Shown piece by piece: positions 22,281 to 32,725 of a stretch of 64,000 nt of DNA; positions within the stretch are counted from its first letter, which is position 1; each line of letters opens with the position of its first letter. The notes beneath the pieces are model-generated. The model ran no database searches, had not been told where the DNA came from, and was given only the letters and a program-made list of their open reading frames with translations. Source of the DNA: Hyaloraphidium curvatum SAG 235-1 (lineage: Eukaryota; Fungi; Monoblepharomycota); the NCBI GenBank assembly GCA_025558095.1, contig JAIVFI010000046.1, positions 1 to 64,000 on the forward strand. The letters run 5' to 3'. The position numbers and the translations under genes were made by a program.

Positions 22281-23411
22281 ATGCAGACCGTCATCGGCTC
22301 CACGGGCGTCATCGGCACCGCCGTCGCCCGCGCGCTGCCCAACTACACCTCCAAGATCCGCATCATCGGCACCGCCGTCGCCCGCGCGCTGCCCAACTAC
22401 ACCTCCAAGATCCGCCTCGTCTCGCGCAACCCGAAGAAGGTCAACCCCGGCGACGAGACCGTCTCGGCGGACGTGCTCGACGCGGCTTCGGTCGCCCGGG
22501 CGGTGGCCGGCAGCGAGATCGTCTTCCTGTGCGTGGGGCTGGAGTATCGGACCGCGGTGTGGGAGCGCGACTGGCCCAAGGTCATGAGGAACGTGCTGGA
22601 CGCGTGCGGTGGGCTCCTTCGGCACCGTGCGGCCCGGCGGCGGTCTGATTCCTCTCTCGCGGCTGGAACAGCGCAGCACAAGACCAAACTGGTCTGGTTC
22701 GACAACATATACCCGTTGGACCCGACCAAGGTGTCGCACATGACGGAGGAGACCCCCATGAACCCCTCCAGGTGGGCCTCGCCCACCCCCCCCCCCCCGG
22801 CGCGCGCCGGGTTCCCCGCCGGACTATCGCTGATCCCGCCCCGCCTGTCAAGCCGGAAGGGCAAAGTCCGCGCCAAGATCGACCAGATGCTCCTGGACGA
22901 CGTCAAGGCCGGCAAACTCCAGGCCCTCGTCGCGCGCGCCGCGGACTTCACCGCCACCGCCAACTCGGCCATCTCCATCGCCGTCCTCTCCAACTTCCTC
23001 AAGGGAAAACCCGCGCAGTGGATCGGCGACCCCTCCAAAAAGCACAACTTCACCTACCACGCCGACGCCGGCCGCGCCGTCGCGGAGCTGGGCAACACCG
23101 CCGACGCCTACGACCAGATATGGAACCTGCCCAGCACGCCGCCCATGACGGGGAAGCAGTGGATCGAGCTCGCGGCGAAGGAGTGCGGGATGGACCCCGG
23201 GAAGTTCTCGGCACTGCCGCGGTGGAGCCTGCTCCCCCTGTCGGCGTTCGTTCCGTACCTGGGCGAGGTCAGGGAGCTCGCGTACCAGTTCTACGGGGAC
23301 TACCACCTCGATTCGACCAAGTTCGAGAGGCGGTTCGGGTGGAAAGCAACGCCGCCGGAGGAGCAGATCAGGGGGCTGGTTGAGGAGATGCGGGCCGCGG
23401 GCAAGGCGTGA
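22281..23411 (+). CDS. NAD-dependent epimerase/dehydratase (atypical SDR, bacterial-like); introns 22609-22671 and 22772-22852
   Basis: MQTVIGSTGVIG Rossmann start, RLVSRNPKKV, FDNIY, KGKVRA, ARAADF; both introns are 3n and stop-free. Confidence 0.85.
   Translation: MQTVIGSTGVIGTAVARALPNYTSKIRIIGTAVARALPNYTSKIRLVSRNPKKVNPGDETVSADVLDAASVARAVAGSEIVFLCVGLEYRTAVWERDWPKVMRNVLDACGGLLRHRAARRRSDSSLAAGTAQHKTKLVWFDNIYPLDPTKVSHMTEETPMNPSRWASPTPPPPARAGFPAGLSLIPPRLSSRKGKVRAKIDQMLLDDVKAGKLQALVARAADFTATANSAISIAVLSNFLKGKPAQWIGDPSKKHNFTYHADAGRAVAELGNTADAYDQIWNLPSTPPMTGKQWIELAAKECGMDPGKFSALPRWSLLPLSAFVPYLGEVRELAYQFYGDYHLDSTKFERRFGWKATPPEEQIRGLVEEMRAAGKA
22309..22415 (+). repeat. Tandem 54-bp in-frame duplication (IGTAVARALPNYTSKIR twice)
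   Basis: Identical units offset by 54 nt (22311 vs 22365). Confidence 0.95.
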
Positions 23412-23838
23412 TGAGATGGGAGGGCCGAGGGGTTTTGTGGAGGACGGGGGAGCGGGCTAGGCGCTGGGAAGGCCGTCCAAGAGGGAAGCATCGGGATGTT
23501 TCTGTATGTATTTGGGTCCAGTATTGGTTTTGTAGCTACAACTACGTCGATGCCTCGTGGGGACGCGGTGTACTTGGGTCGGGGAATCGATCGATGGGAG
23601 GCGAACGGCGGCATGCAGTCGGCATCCGAGCCCGCAATGAATTAATGGGGAACTATTGCAAACCATCTAAGAGCAGCGCGCCGATGCTGCGGTGGTCGCC
23701 AAACCCTTTGTCCCTTTGGTGTGTGGCGGTTCTCTCGGGGAGGACCCTTGGGGTCCTCCGCGCTCCAAAGCTCCCCCGCCGACGCAAAGGCAGCAAACCA
23801 ATTCCTCGGACCCGGCGCAACACCACCCGATCCCCGCC

Positions 23839-25527
23839 ATGCAGCGCCTCGCCCGGTGCGCGTCCGTCGCGGCGCTGCTGCTCGCCGCGCTCGCGGGCGC
23901 CGCCGCGCAGCCGTCGGGCTATGCCGGCCCCGCGACGGCCAACCCCTCGCGCACCTCGCCCGCCGCCAATGCCGCCCCCGCCACGACCCGCACGACGACG
24001 ACGGTGAACCCGCTCTTCCTGCCGCGCGCCTGGTCGCCGTTCAAGGACTACAAGGAGGGCGAGGTGGCCGTGGGCGCCGACGGGAGGAACTACGCGGCAA
24101 AGTACTGGAACCGCAACACCACCGTCACGCCGACCCCGGGCGCGTCGCAGGACGACATCGACGGCTGGGCGTGGAAGCCGGCGACCGAGGCCGACGTGCA
24201 GAAGCACATCCAGTGGTGGTCCTCGTGGTACAGCTCCATCACCGCGACGCCCTTCACCAAGACCGAGGCGGACGTGTCGACGCCCATGATCGAGACACCG
24301 CAGCCGACACCGCTCAAGAACCGGAACAAGGGGTACGGCATGGTCCCGGCGGCGGGCACGCGCGTGAACAAGGGGTGGATGTGCATGGAGTGGATCGACG
24401 ACATGGGTGGGCGGCGGCTCCCCGGCGGGCTCGGGCGTCCTCATCTCACCTCCGGCGCCACGCAGGCTACACCTTCCCGGTCCGCATCATCGGCGCCGAG
24501 CCCGGATCCGACTCGGGCGGCAACCCCGCCTGCCTGGCCACCAACTACAACAAGACCTCGTGCAACTACGTCTCGACGTGGTTCGGCGCCCTCGGCTCGA
24601 CGCCGTGGTCGGTGCAGTTCGGCAACTTCGAGCGCTGCCAGCAGCTCGTGGATTCGCTCAACGAGACGTCGCCCTACATCATGTGCGGGTCCGAGCACAA
24701 CAAGACGTTCGGCTGGCCCGGGTACGACGAGACGGACCCCAACTCGTGGTGCTCCGCCGCGGCGCTGGCGCTCGACATCCGGCCGGACCTGGAGCGCACG
24801 CACACCAACTCGGGGCCCATGAACACGACCTTCGAGAACGCCGCGGGACGGGTGGGTTGCCGATCGCCTGCCGCATCATCCGTCCCCTCATTTCCGTCGC
24901 GTCCAGCCCCCGAACTACCCCACCAAGGAGGACCGCCCCAACCCCCGCCCCGAGGACGAGCTCATGGCCGAGTGCATCACCTGGGGCTTCGGCTGCCTGT
25001 CGTGCGACGAGATCCGCTACGCGTGCACGGACGGCCACAGGAAGTCGTGCGAGTACCTGCACCTCATCCCGCCCAACTGCCCCGGCGACGGCGTCAGGGA
25101 CCCGGCGATGGAGTGGTACTGGCAGCGCGTCGGGGGCGAGTTCCCGCACAGGAGGTACACGCAGACCACCGGGCGGACGGCCACGCCGGTGCCCGATCCC
25201 GAGACGGAGAAGCCGGTGTTCAAGACGGACGCGAACGGGGACCACATCACCGAGGCGTGGGGCGGGCCGGGGGCGACGATCACGGGCGAGTGGCAGACGG
25301 TCTCGGGGATTCCGACCACGACGACGACGCGGTCGCGGGTGCCCGTGAGGACCACGGCGTCGGCCGCTGCCAGCTCGGCGGCGGGGACCTCGTCGTCGGT
25401 TGCTGCGGCTTCGGCAACCGGCACCCTGGTCACCGTCACCCCGACCAGGCCTTCCTCCGCTGGTCGGGCCGCCGCCGCAGGCGTTCTCGGTGTGGCTGCG
25501 GCGCTGGCCGCCGCTGCCGCCATGTGA
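23839..25527 (+). CDS. Secreted, probably GPI-anchored Cys-rich protein with a CBM5/12-like module; about 2 introns
   Basis: Signal peptide; WSPFKDYKEGEV..DGRNYAAKYW..TP..W motif; Ser/Thr-rich stalk; hydrophobic C-terminus GVLGVAAALAAAAAM. Confidence 0.7.
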
Positions 25528-25637
25528 GAGGATGTTCTTTGGGCTACTTCGGTTCTTCGTCGAGGCGGGTATTACGTGCGGTGATGTAGTTTATTCGCCA
25601 TTGAATAGCGATGCGAATCAGTTCGTGACAATTCTTG

Positions 25638-26710
25638 CTACGCGGAAGCGGAGATCGACATGCGGCACGCGATCTGGCAGAGCGCGGCCCGTCCCACCGA
25701 GGCGCACAGGGCCTGCCTTCCGGCCTTGCTGAGTGCGGGTGATCCCACTGAGGCGCAGAGCGCCTGCCCCGTCGCTTCGGCAGGCGGCTTGAGGCAGAGC
25801 GCGGCCCCGCGTCCGATCTTCGCCTGCTGCTGCTTGCCCCCCGCCAGGCTTTCGATGATGCCCCAGCATAGCGCTGCCTGGCCCGTGTCCTGCACGGCGG
25901 GCTTCGGGGCGCAGAGGCCGCCCCTGGCGCAGAAGGCCTTGCCGGCCGACTTGGCGGGAGGCTTGAGGCACGGAGCAGCGCCGGAAAGGTCTCCCGTTAC
26001 GCAGAAAGCCCCCTTGCCGGCCCTCGTCGAGGGATCCCAGTACATGCAAAGCGCGAGCCCGGTGTCTGCCTGGTTGGCTGCGGGGGGCTTCAGGCACAGG
26101 GCGTGCTTGGCGCCCGCCAGGTCGGCCTCCTTGAAAAGGACCGCGCAGAAGCCTTCCTTGGAAGCTCCCCCGCAGTCGTCGTCCTTGAACAGGGCGGCGC
26201 AGTCCGCGTCCGCGTCCGGGGACATCTCGTTTCCCCACATGGCCGGCGGGTCCTCGCCAAAGGCGGCGCGGTAGGCCCGCAGCCCCTCGGCGTAAGCCTC
26301 CGACATGGCGCCGCGCTGCTCGGCGGGGGTGTCCTCGGGGTCGGCGGGCACGTGGTGCATGAACCCGCCGGGCCCGAGGAGGGCCCGGGAGAAGGCGGCG
26401 TAGTCGATGGTGTGGAGGATGTGCGCGTGCCTGTTATCCAAGGCGACCCGCGTCAGATGTTGGCACCATGGTCGGATCGCAGGAAGGAGACCCACCAGAT
26501 CTCGTCGACGTCCAGGCAAGGCGGCATGCTCACGCCCCTCGCCGCCAGCGTGGCGAACCGGCGGTACTCTTCGACGGCGGCATCGGCGCGGGCCTCGGTC
26601 CACGACGGGTGCTCGCGGAGCACGCGGCGGCGGACCTTGGTGAGGTCGACGGCGGCGGCGGCTGGGTGGAGGAGGTTGAAGGTGATGGTGGGGGTGGGGG
26701 TGGACGACAT
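25638..26710 (-). CDS. GRDP/DUF1399-like domain fused to a Cys-repeat tail, copy A; intron 26431-26495
   Basis: EEYRRF..PPCLDVDEIW|HAHILHTIDY..FMHHVP..YRAAFGEDPP..W, then about 15 [A/G/D]-x-C motifs. Confidence 0.8.
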
Positions 26711-27189
26711 GGTATTTTGCGCGGGTTGTTGGTTGGGCTGCTTTGAGGGGAGGTTGCGTGGTTGCGCTAGGTCGCTTTGCTTTCGGTGCTTGGTATGGTG
26801 GAGGACCGCTGCAAGTGCGGGATGATATAGCTCTCGGAAGGCTACGCCGCTTGCCGGTCTTCCGTTCCGCAATGACTCCGCTCCGCGGGGCTGTCCGGTT
26901 CCCGGTTCTAGAAGGTGGCGGAGGGATGTGGGGCGGAGCAGCACAGCCTCGACGTCACGCCCGGCCCGTCGTCTCCCACGGCTTCAAACCTCAAGTGGTG
27001 GGCGTCGTGCAAGCCTGAGAAGGGCGTTGGACACGAGCAGCGCCATCATTGCTGCCTTGCAGCGCCCTCGATCGAAGTATCCTCACTGTTCCTCGGAACA
27101 TTCCGTATTCAGCCCTGTCTCCCCAAGGACACGGCAAACATCGAATCCGCCCTTTGGCCCCTTGAGTCGCTCACCAACAGCCTCCCGAA

Positions 27190-28232
27190 ATGACCTTCGA
27201 CGTCCGCGGGCGAGCCGCCCTCGTTTCGGGCGGCACCGAGGGCATCGGCCGCGCCGTATCGGAGCGGCTGCTCTCCGCCGGCTGCCGCGTCGTCGTCGCC
27301 TCCCGCGACGCCACGGCCGCCGCCATCGCCGTCGCCGAAATGCGCGCCAAATGCGGCGTCCCGGAATCGCACCTCGTCCCCGTCAAAATGGACATCTGCG
27401 ACCGCGGCAGCGTGCGGGCGGCGTGGGACTTTGGCGTCGCGCTGCACGGCCGCGTCGACGTCGTGGTCGCCAACGCCGGCTTCGCGGGGGAGAACTACCT
27501 GCGGGACTGCCTACTGCCGGGCGACGACGGGCCGTGGATCCGCGGGATCGAGGGCAACCTCGTCGGCACGCTCCTCCTGTGCCGGCTCGCGGCGTCGGCG
27601 TGGCTCGAGGACGGGATGCCCGCCGCGTGCGTTATCACGTCGTCGACCAGCGGGCTGCACGGGCTCTTTGGCGCGTCGTACGCGGCCCCGAACCTTTCCT
27701 GTGGGTCTCTTCCGACCGCAGCCGCAGCACGCTCCTCATCCCCTGCTCCGCCGCGTAGACCTCGTCGCCAAGAGCGGCCAGGTGCAATTTGCCTTTGCGC
27801 TGCAGGGTACGCTCGAATCCCTCGCCCGGGAACGCGGCCAGCCCCGCTCCCCGATCCGGGTGAACGTCGTGATGCCCGGCCCCGTGTGGACCAGGATGCT
27901 GCAGAAGGACGGGTCGGAGATCCTTGTAGGCCCCCTCGCGCCGTGCTGCCCTCCCTCAGCCTGATCATCGTTCGCTGCAGGGAAGGGAGATTGCGTCCCC
28001 CGAGGACATGGACCGCGCGCTGCCCGGCTTCTCCTCGGGCAGCGGGGGATGGACGCCGATGGACGGGCTTGTCGACGTGTTCTGGAGCGCCATCACGGAC
28101 GAAAAATGGCGCGGGCGGGCGTACGTCGTTTCGGGCGACGGTGGGGAACCAAAGAGGTACCCGAAGGGGTTCGTGTTCGAGGACTACCTCTCGAGGAAGC
28201 GGGGGCCGCGAGGGCCGGCGGTAAAGATGTGA
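27190..28232 (+). CDS. Classical SDR (15-hydroxyprostaglandin dehydrogenase-like), copy A; introns 27701-27758 and 27925-27980
   Basis: SGGTEGIG, VVANAG, spliced YLVAK catalytic motif, VNVVMPGPVWT. Confidence 0.85.
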
Positions 28233-28292
28233 ACCGCGCCGTCCGACCGGCGATAGAGCCCCGTCCATCCCCGGCGACGGACCCGACGGGGA

Positions 28293-29261
28293 TCACTCCC
28301 ACCGCACCATCCGCGCCAGCCCGCTCACGGGCTTGCCCCCCGCCCCCGCGGCCCGCGCCGCCTCCTTCTCCACGCACGTCAGCTTGGCCCGCGCGCCCAC
28401 GGTGCCGGCCTGCCGGGCCACCAGGCCCAGCACCAGCGGGTCCTCCGTATCGTACCCCTCGATGCTGATGCGGAAGCCGGGGGAGGGTTGCGAGGGGATG
28501 CGGAGGGGGGTGGGGAGGGAAAAGTCCATGCGGGAGGGCGCGAGGGTGGGCCGGAACTGGTGCACCGCGTCGAGGAGGAGAAGGAGCAGGAGGTCGGGGT
28601 CCAGGAGGGTAGAACCGTCGTCTAAACGGGGGCGGAAGCGTGAGCGGTTCCCTAATGGGAGCATACGGTGGTGCCCACCGGAGAGGGAGGGGTCCCAGAA
28701 CCGCCGGTCCGCGTTGTACGTCAGCGCCGCGAACCTAAACCCCAGCAACCCCGGCGGCACAAACGCCCTCTCAAACACCTTGACCCCGTTGGTCGCCTCC
28801 TCTGCCGCCTCAACCTCCTCCCCCTCCCCGTTCCCCGACCTCCACTCCCGCACGGACCACCCCTCCCTCCCCCCGACCTCGCGCTCCTCGCCGTCGTCCC
28901 CGATCCGGCGGACGAAGCACCGCGCGTCGGCGCCGAACTTCAGGGGCAGAACGGGGTTCCAGAACGTGCGGCCGCGGAGGAATTCCCGCAGGGCTCCGCC
29001 GTGTCCGTGTTCGGGGTCGAGGGCGTGGCGGTGGAACCATAGCGGCTCCCAGCCGGGCGGCACCGCGTCCCCGTTCCGCAAGGCGTGCGCGCGCGGGTGC
29101 GGCGGCGGGAAGTCGGGCGGGGACGAGTCGGCGGGGCCGGCGAGCGCGCGGGTGAGGTGCAAAGCCGGCGCCGGGACAACGTGCGCGGAGAGCACGGTGG
29201 GCTGCGTGGAGTGCCGGCGGAGGGCGCCGGGCTGCGCGGGGCGGAGGCGGGGAAGTCGCAT
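28293..29261 (-). CDS. Divergent HTD2/MaoC-like hydroxyacyl-thioester dehydratase, mitochondrial presequence
   Basis: VPPGWEPLWF; LLGFRFAALTYNADRRFWD resembles the HTD2 LFRFSALTFNAHRIH motif. Confidence 0.5.
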   Translation of the reverse strand: MRLPRLRPAQPGALRRHSTQPTVLSAHVVPAPALHLTRALAGPADSSPPDFPPPHPRAHALRNGDAVPPGWEPLWFHRHALDPEHGHGGALREFLRGRTFWNPVLPLKFGADARCFVRRIGDDGEEREVGGREGWSVREWRSGNGEGEEVEAAEEATNGVKVFERAFVPPGLLGFRFAALTYNADRRFWDPSLSGGHHRMLPLGNRSRFRPRLDDGSTLLDPDLLLLLLLDAVHQFRPTLAPSRMDFSLPTPLRIPSQPSPGFRISIEGYDTEDPLVLGLVARQAGTVGARAKLTCVEKEAARAAGAGGKPVSGLARMVRWE

Positions 29262-29367
29262 CGCGACGCGGTTGTTTGGGGTTTGTTTACCCCGATCGCC
29301 ATGCAGCTTAAATCGCATGCAAGAAGGATCCGCGTTGCCTCCGCAAATAAGCCGCCGATGCCCTGAA

Positions 29368-30963
29368 TCAGGATACCACCCGACCGCCGGCCCCCACGGC
29401 CCCCTCCAGCCCGTCCTTGCCGTACCACGCCGCCCACTTTTCCACCCACTCCCCGCACACGTCCCTCGGCACCTCGTGCCCCTCCGCCAGCACCTTCTGC
29501 ACGTGGTCCCCCTCCCCAGGCGCCCACCCGTCCCCGCCCAGGTGGCGGTGCTTGCACGACGGGTAGTGCGCCAGCAGGTCCCCCCTGCGCCATTCCCTCC
29601 CTTCCGCGGGGAGGCCGGGCAGCGGGTGCCGCGAGAAGGGGGGGCAGGCGGCGTGCAGGCCCGCCGGGTAGGCGTTCACGGCGTGCTGCGGGAGGAACAG
29701 CGCGCGGTCGAGGTACGCGGAGGGGAGCAGCGTCGCGAGGGCGTGCCGGAGGGAGGCCTGCTCGTGGTACTGCGGGCCCGCGGCGGCGAGCGGGGGGAGC
29801 GGGGGGACGGAGGGGTCGCGGGGCGCATCGGGGGCCTCGGTGGAGGAGAGCAGGGAGTGGAAGGATCGCAGGCAGGGGAGGGTGAGGTTCGCGAGGAGCC
29901 GCTGGATGCCCCCGCCTTCGGGAGCGGTCGGGCGGCAGCCCTCGTCGAGGAGGTGCAGGTACCCCGCGAGCGCCGAGCTCCCCGCATAGACATCCATCCC
30001 GACACCGTCCTCCGCCCCTTGTTTCCGCCCCTCCCTCACAACGAGCCCCGGTACACCGGCCCCGTAGGCTCCCCAAGCCGCCCGGAGCACCAGCAGCGCC
30101 GCCGGCGACGCCCTCCAGAGCACCGAGCCCGAGTTGGGGCCGTTGCAGTCCGCCGTCATGACGAGGTCGACCCTCCCGCCGCGCGCGAGGGAGCCGGTAA
30201 GGGGGTCCACCCCGTGCGCGCGGAGGAGGTCCGCGATCCGGAGGGAGTGGTTGGTGACCACCGCGTCGGCGTCCACGGCCCAGATCCACTTCCCCGCCGC
30301 CGGCATCCCCGCATCCGCGTCCGAGGGGGCTTCGAGCAGCGCTTCCATCAGGAGGATGGCCGCCCGCACCTTGGTCCAATGCGGCGTCCTCGCCCCGCAC
30401 AGCGACCTTTTCACGAGGTGGCACGCGGCCCCGTTTGCGAGGCAGTAGTCCAATTTGTTTCCCCACGACGTTGCGATGTACCGCTCCGGGGAAACGTAAG
30501 GGGGCGGGCCGGGGAAGGGGAAGGTGCCGGTGATGCGGGGGAACGAGAGGGTGGAGGGGAAGTCGAAGGCGATGGGGGCCTGGGTGGGGGGGCTGGGGTC
30601 GGTGATGGAGACGACGAGGAGGTGCAGGTCGATTTCGGGGCCTCCGCGGTCGGCACGGGGTGGGGGGGAGGCGAGGCGCCATCCCGTGCGGAGTTGCGGT
30701 GGGGCGCCTGGGTTGAGCACGAGCTCCGACAGTTCGGGATTGCCGGTGGCCGACTCCGATGCGGCGAACCGATGTACGGCCACGCGGCTTCCGAACGTGC
30801 CGCGGACGGTGGTCCACGCGGCGCCGTCGGGGTCCGCCGCGGGTTCCTGGGAAGGCCGCGGGGCGAGGAGGGAGAGGGAGAGCAGCGAGAACGCGAGCGC
30901 TAGAGCGCGGCGCAGAGCGAGCGGGATGCGGCCGGCCGTGGCGGAAGCCAGGAGGAGTCCCAT
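29368..30963 (-). CDS. GT34 (GMA12/MNN10-like) glycosyltransferase, copy A
   Basis: N-terminal anchor; HWTK, WIWAVDADAVVTN (DxD), DCNGPNSG, EQ, NAYP, GDLLAHYP. Confidence 0.8.
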   Translation of the reverse strand: MGLLLASATAGRIPLALRRALALAFSLLSLSLLAPRPSQEPAADPDGAAWTTVRGTFGSRVAVHRFAASESATGNPELSELVLNPGAPPQLRTGWRLASPPPRADRGGPEIDLHLLVVSITDPSPPTQAPIAFDFPSTLSFPRITGTFPFPGPPPYVSPERYIATSWGNKLDYCLANGAACHLVKRSLCGARTPHWTKVRAAILLMEALLEAPSDADAGMPAAGKWIWAVDADAVVTNHSLRIADLLRAHGVDPLTGSLARGGRVDLVMTADCNGPNSGSVLWRASPAALLVLRAAWGAYGAGVPGLVVREGRKQGAEDGVGMDVYAGSSALAGYLHLLDEGCRPTAPEGGGIQRLLANLTLPCLRSFHSLLSSTEAPDAPRDPSVPPLPPLAAAGPQYHEQASLRHALATLLPSAYLDRALFLPQHAVNAYPAGLHAACPPFSRHPLPGLPAEGREWRRGDLLAHYPSCKHRHLGGDGWAPGEGDHVQKVLAEGHEVPRDVCGEWVEKWAAWYGKDGLEGAVGAGGRVVS

Positions 30964-31406
30964 GGTGGTCACTCGCGACGGAGGCGGGGCCGGGGACCTG
31001 GGGCTCCCTCGGGACGCTGAGGCCGAGGGGCGCCGCTGGCGTCCGCCGACGCGTACAAACGCGACGGCAACGAGCGAGCTGCGGAGTTCACGCGGCCCGT
31101 CTGTCGGTTTAGGCTCGACACCCTCAGCGGCAAGGCTTCCCCGCTCGGGCGTCGGCGGAGGCTGACGCTTCCCTGCGCCGGCCGGCCCGATGGGGGGGTG
31201 ACGCATCACCCTGCGCGAGGCCATGCAATCATCCGCGTCGGAAAGCGCCACCAGCCCCGCGAAGCTTCGCCGCGTGCATCCTCCGTGCGGCGGGACGGTG
31301 CGCAGAGTGGGCGGATGCGGCATCGGGTGATCGGTTGACACGCTCCCGTGGCCGGCACCGTCTCCCCCGACGCGAATCGCGGCAGCAGGAGCCGCCCTCC
31401 CCGGCG

Positions 31407-32660
31407 ATGGCGACGACGATGGAGGACCGGCTGCAGGCGCGGGAGCCCGGGACGGGGCGGCGGAGGGCGATCCTGGTCACCGGTGGGCGGGGGCCTCCTC
31501 CTCCTCGGCCATGTACGGCTCCCCGGGGCTGAACGAGGCGTCCAGGCGCGGCGTCGGGAATGGGCTTGGAAGCCTCCAGGCTGTTCCACAGCAAGGGTGG
31601 GTGGCGTAGCTGCCCGTTCCTGGAACGGGGACGTGGACCTCACCCCGGCCGCCCAGGCTGGTTCGTCGTCGGCGTGGACGTCAACCTCGAGGACCAGCCC
31701 GAGAACCCCGCCACGGGCTACCCCCGACGCGGCCTGAGATCGCTCGAGGCCGAGCTCGGCGGCCCCTCGGAGTGCTTCGTGCGCAGGCTGGACGTGTCGG
31801 ACAAGGCGGCGTTCGACGCGCTCGTGGACGACCTAGAGAAGGCACTGCCGGGGCTGACGGGGGCCGGGGAGGCCAAATTGGACGTGGTGTTTGCCAACGC
31901 CGGGAGTGGGCTCCCCGTCGCCGTCTGCCCGTCGGGCACGCCGCTGATCCCGTCCGGCTGCACCCCGCACCCCTCCGCCCCGCGCCGCAGTCGGCCGCGG
32001 CGGCTTCTGGGCCGCCCAACCCTTCCAGGACCACCTCGACGTCGTCCAGGTCAACTTCGTCGGCGTCATGGTGACCATCTACTCCTCCCTCCGCCTCATG
32101 AGGAACAACCCCGGCGGCCTCGTTTTCTCCACCTCCTCCTCCTCGGCCATGTACGGCGCTCCCGGGCTGGCCACGTACGCCGCCGCCAAGCACGGTACGC
32201 CCGCGCAACCCCCCTTCCACCTTCCCGGTCCTGATCGATCCCCCCCTTCCCCCCGCAAGCCGTCAAGGGCCTCACCGAAGCCCTCTCCGTCGAGCTCGAA
32301 GGCTGGGGCCTCCGCGCCGCCGACACCCTCCCCGGCGCCATCGCCACGCCCATCCTCCCCCGCGCGTGGCAGGAATCCGCCCCCGCCGCGGGCGCGTGGC
32401 GGCTGGTCCAGCCGGCCGCGGTCGCGGACGCCCTGTGGAAAAGCTGGGTCGACGATCCACAGGGAGAGGACGCGCTGGGGTGGACGAGGGGGAGGGTGCA
32501 CTGGTACGTGCCCGAGGAGCTCGTGGGGGAGGTGGAGGCCAAGCTCGGCGCGCCGGGGGGGGCGGAGGTGGTCAAGGGGGAGTTCAGGAAGAGCTTCTGG
32601 GCGGGGACGGGGGCGAGGCTCGCAGCGGCGGGGGTGGTCAAGGCGCCGGCGGATGTGTAG
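31407..32660 (+). CDS. Short-chain dehydrogenase/reductase, about 4 introns
   Basis: ILVTG|GASGMG, DVVFANAG, YAAAKH, VKGLTEALSVEL. Confidence 0.8.
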
Positions 32661-32725
32661 CGGGAGGCGCCGATGGGGTGGATGGGCCGGCTTTCGAGGC
32701 ATGGCGGGAATGGAGAACGATGGCA

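Larger units (their letters stand above)
25638..28232. repeat. Left arm of a ~2.6 kb inverted segmental duplication (partner 32726-35300)
   Basis: Start codons mirror exactly (26710+34237 = 27190+33757 = 60947); the shared intergenic region is nearly identical. Confidence 0.95.

Noticed and set aside
28333-30903. Very long antisense or alternate-frame ORFs (also 40499-43294, 45982-48462, 32079-34019)
   Set aside because: Arg/Pro/Gly-rich shadows of real genes, expected at this GC content; no motifs
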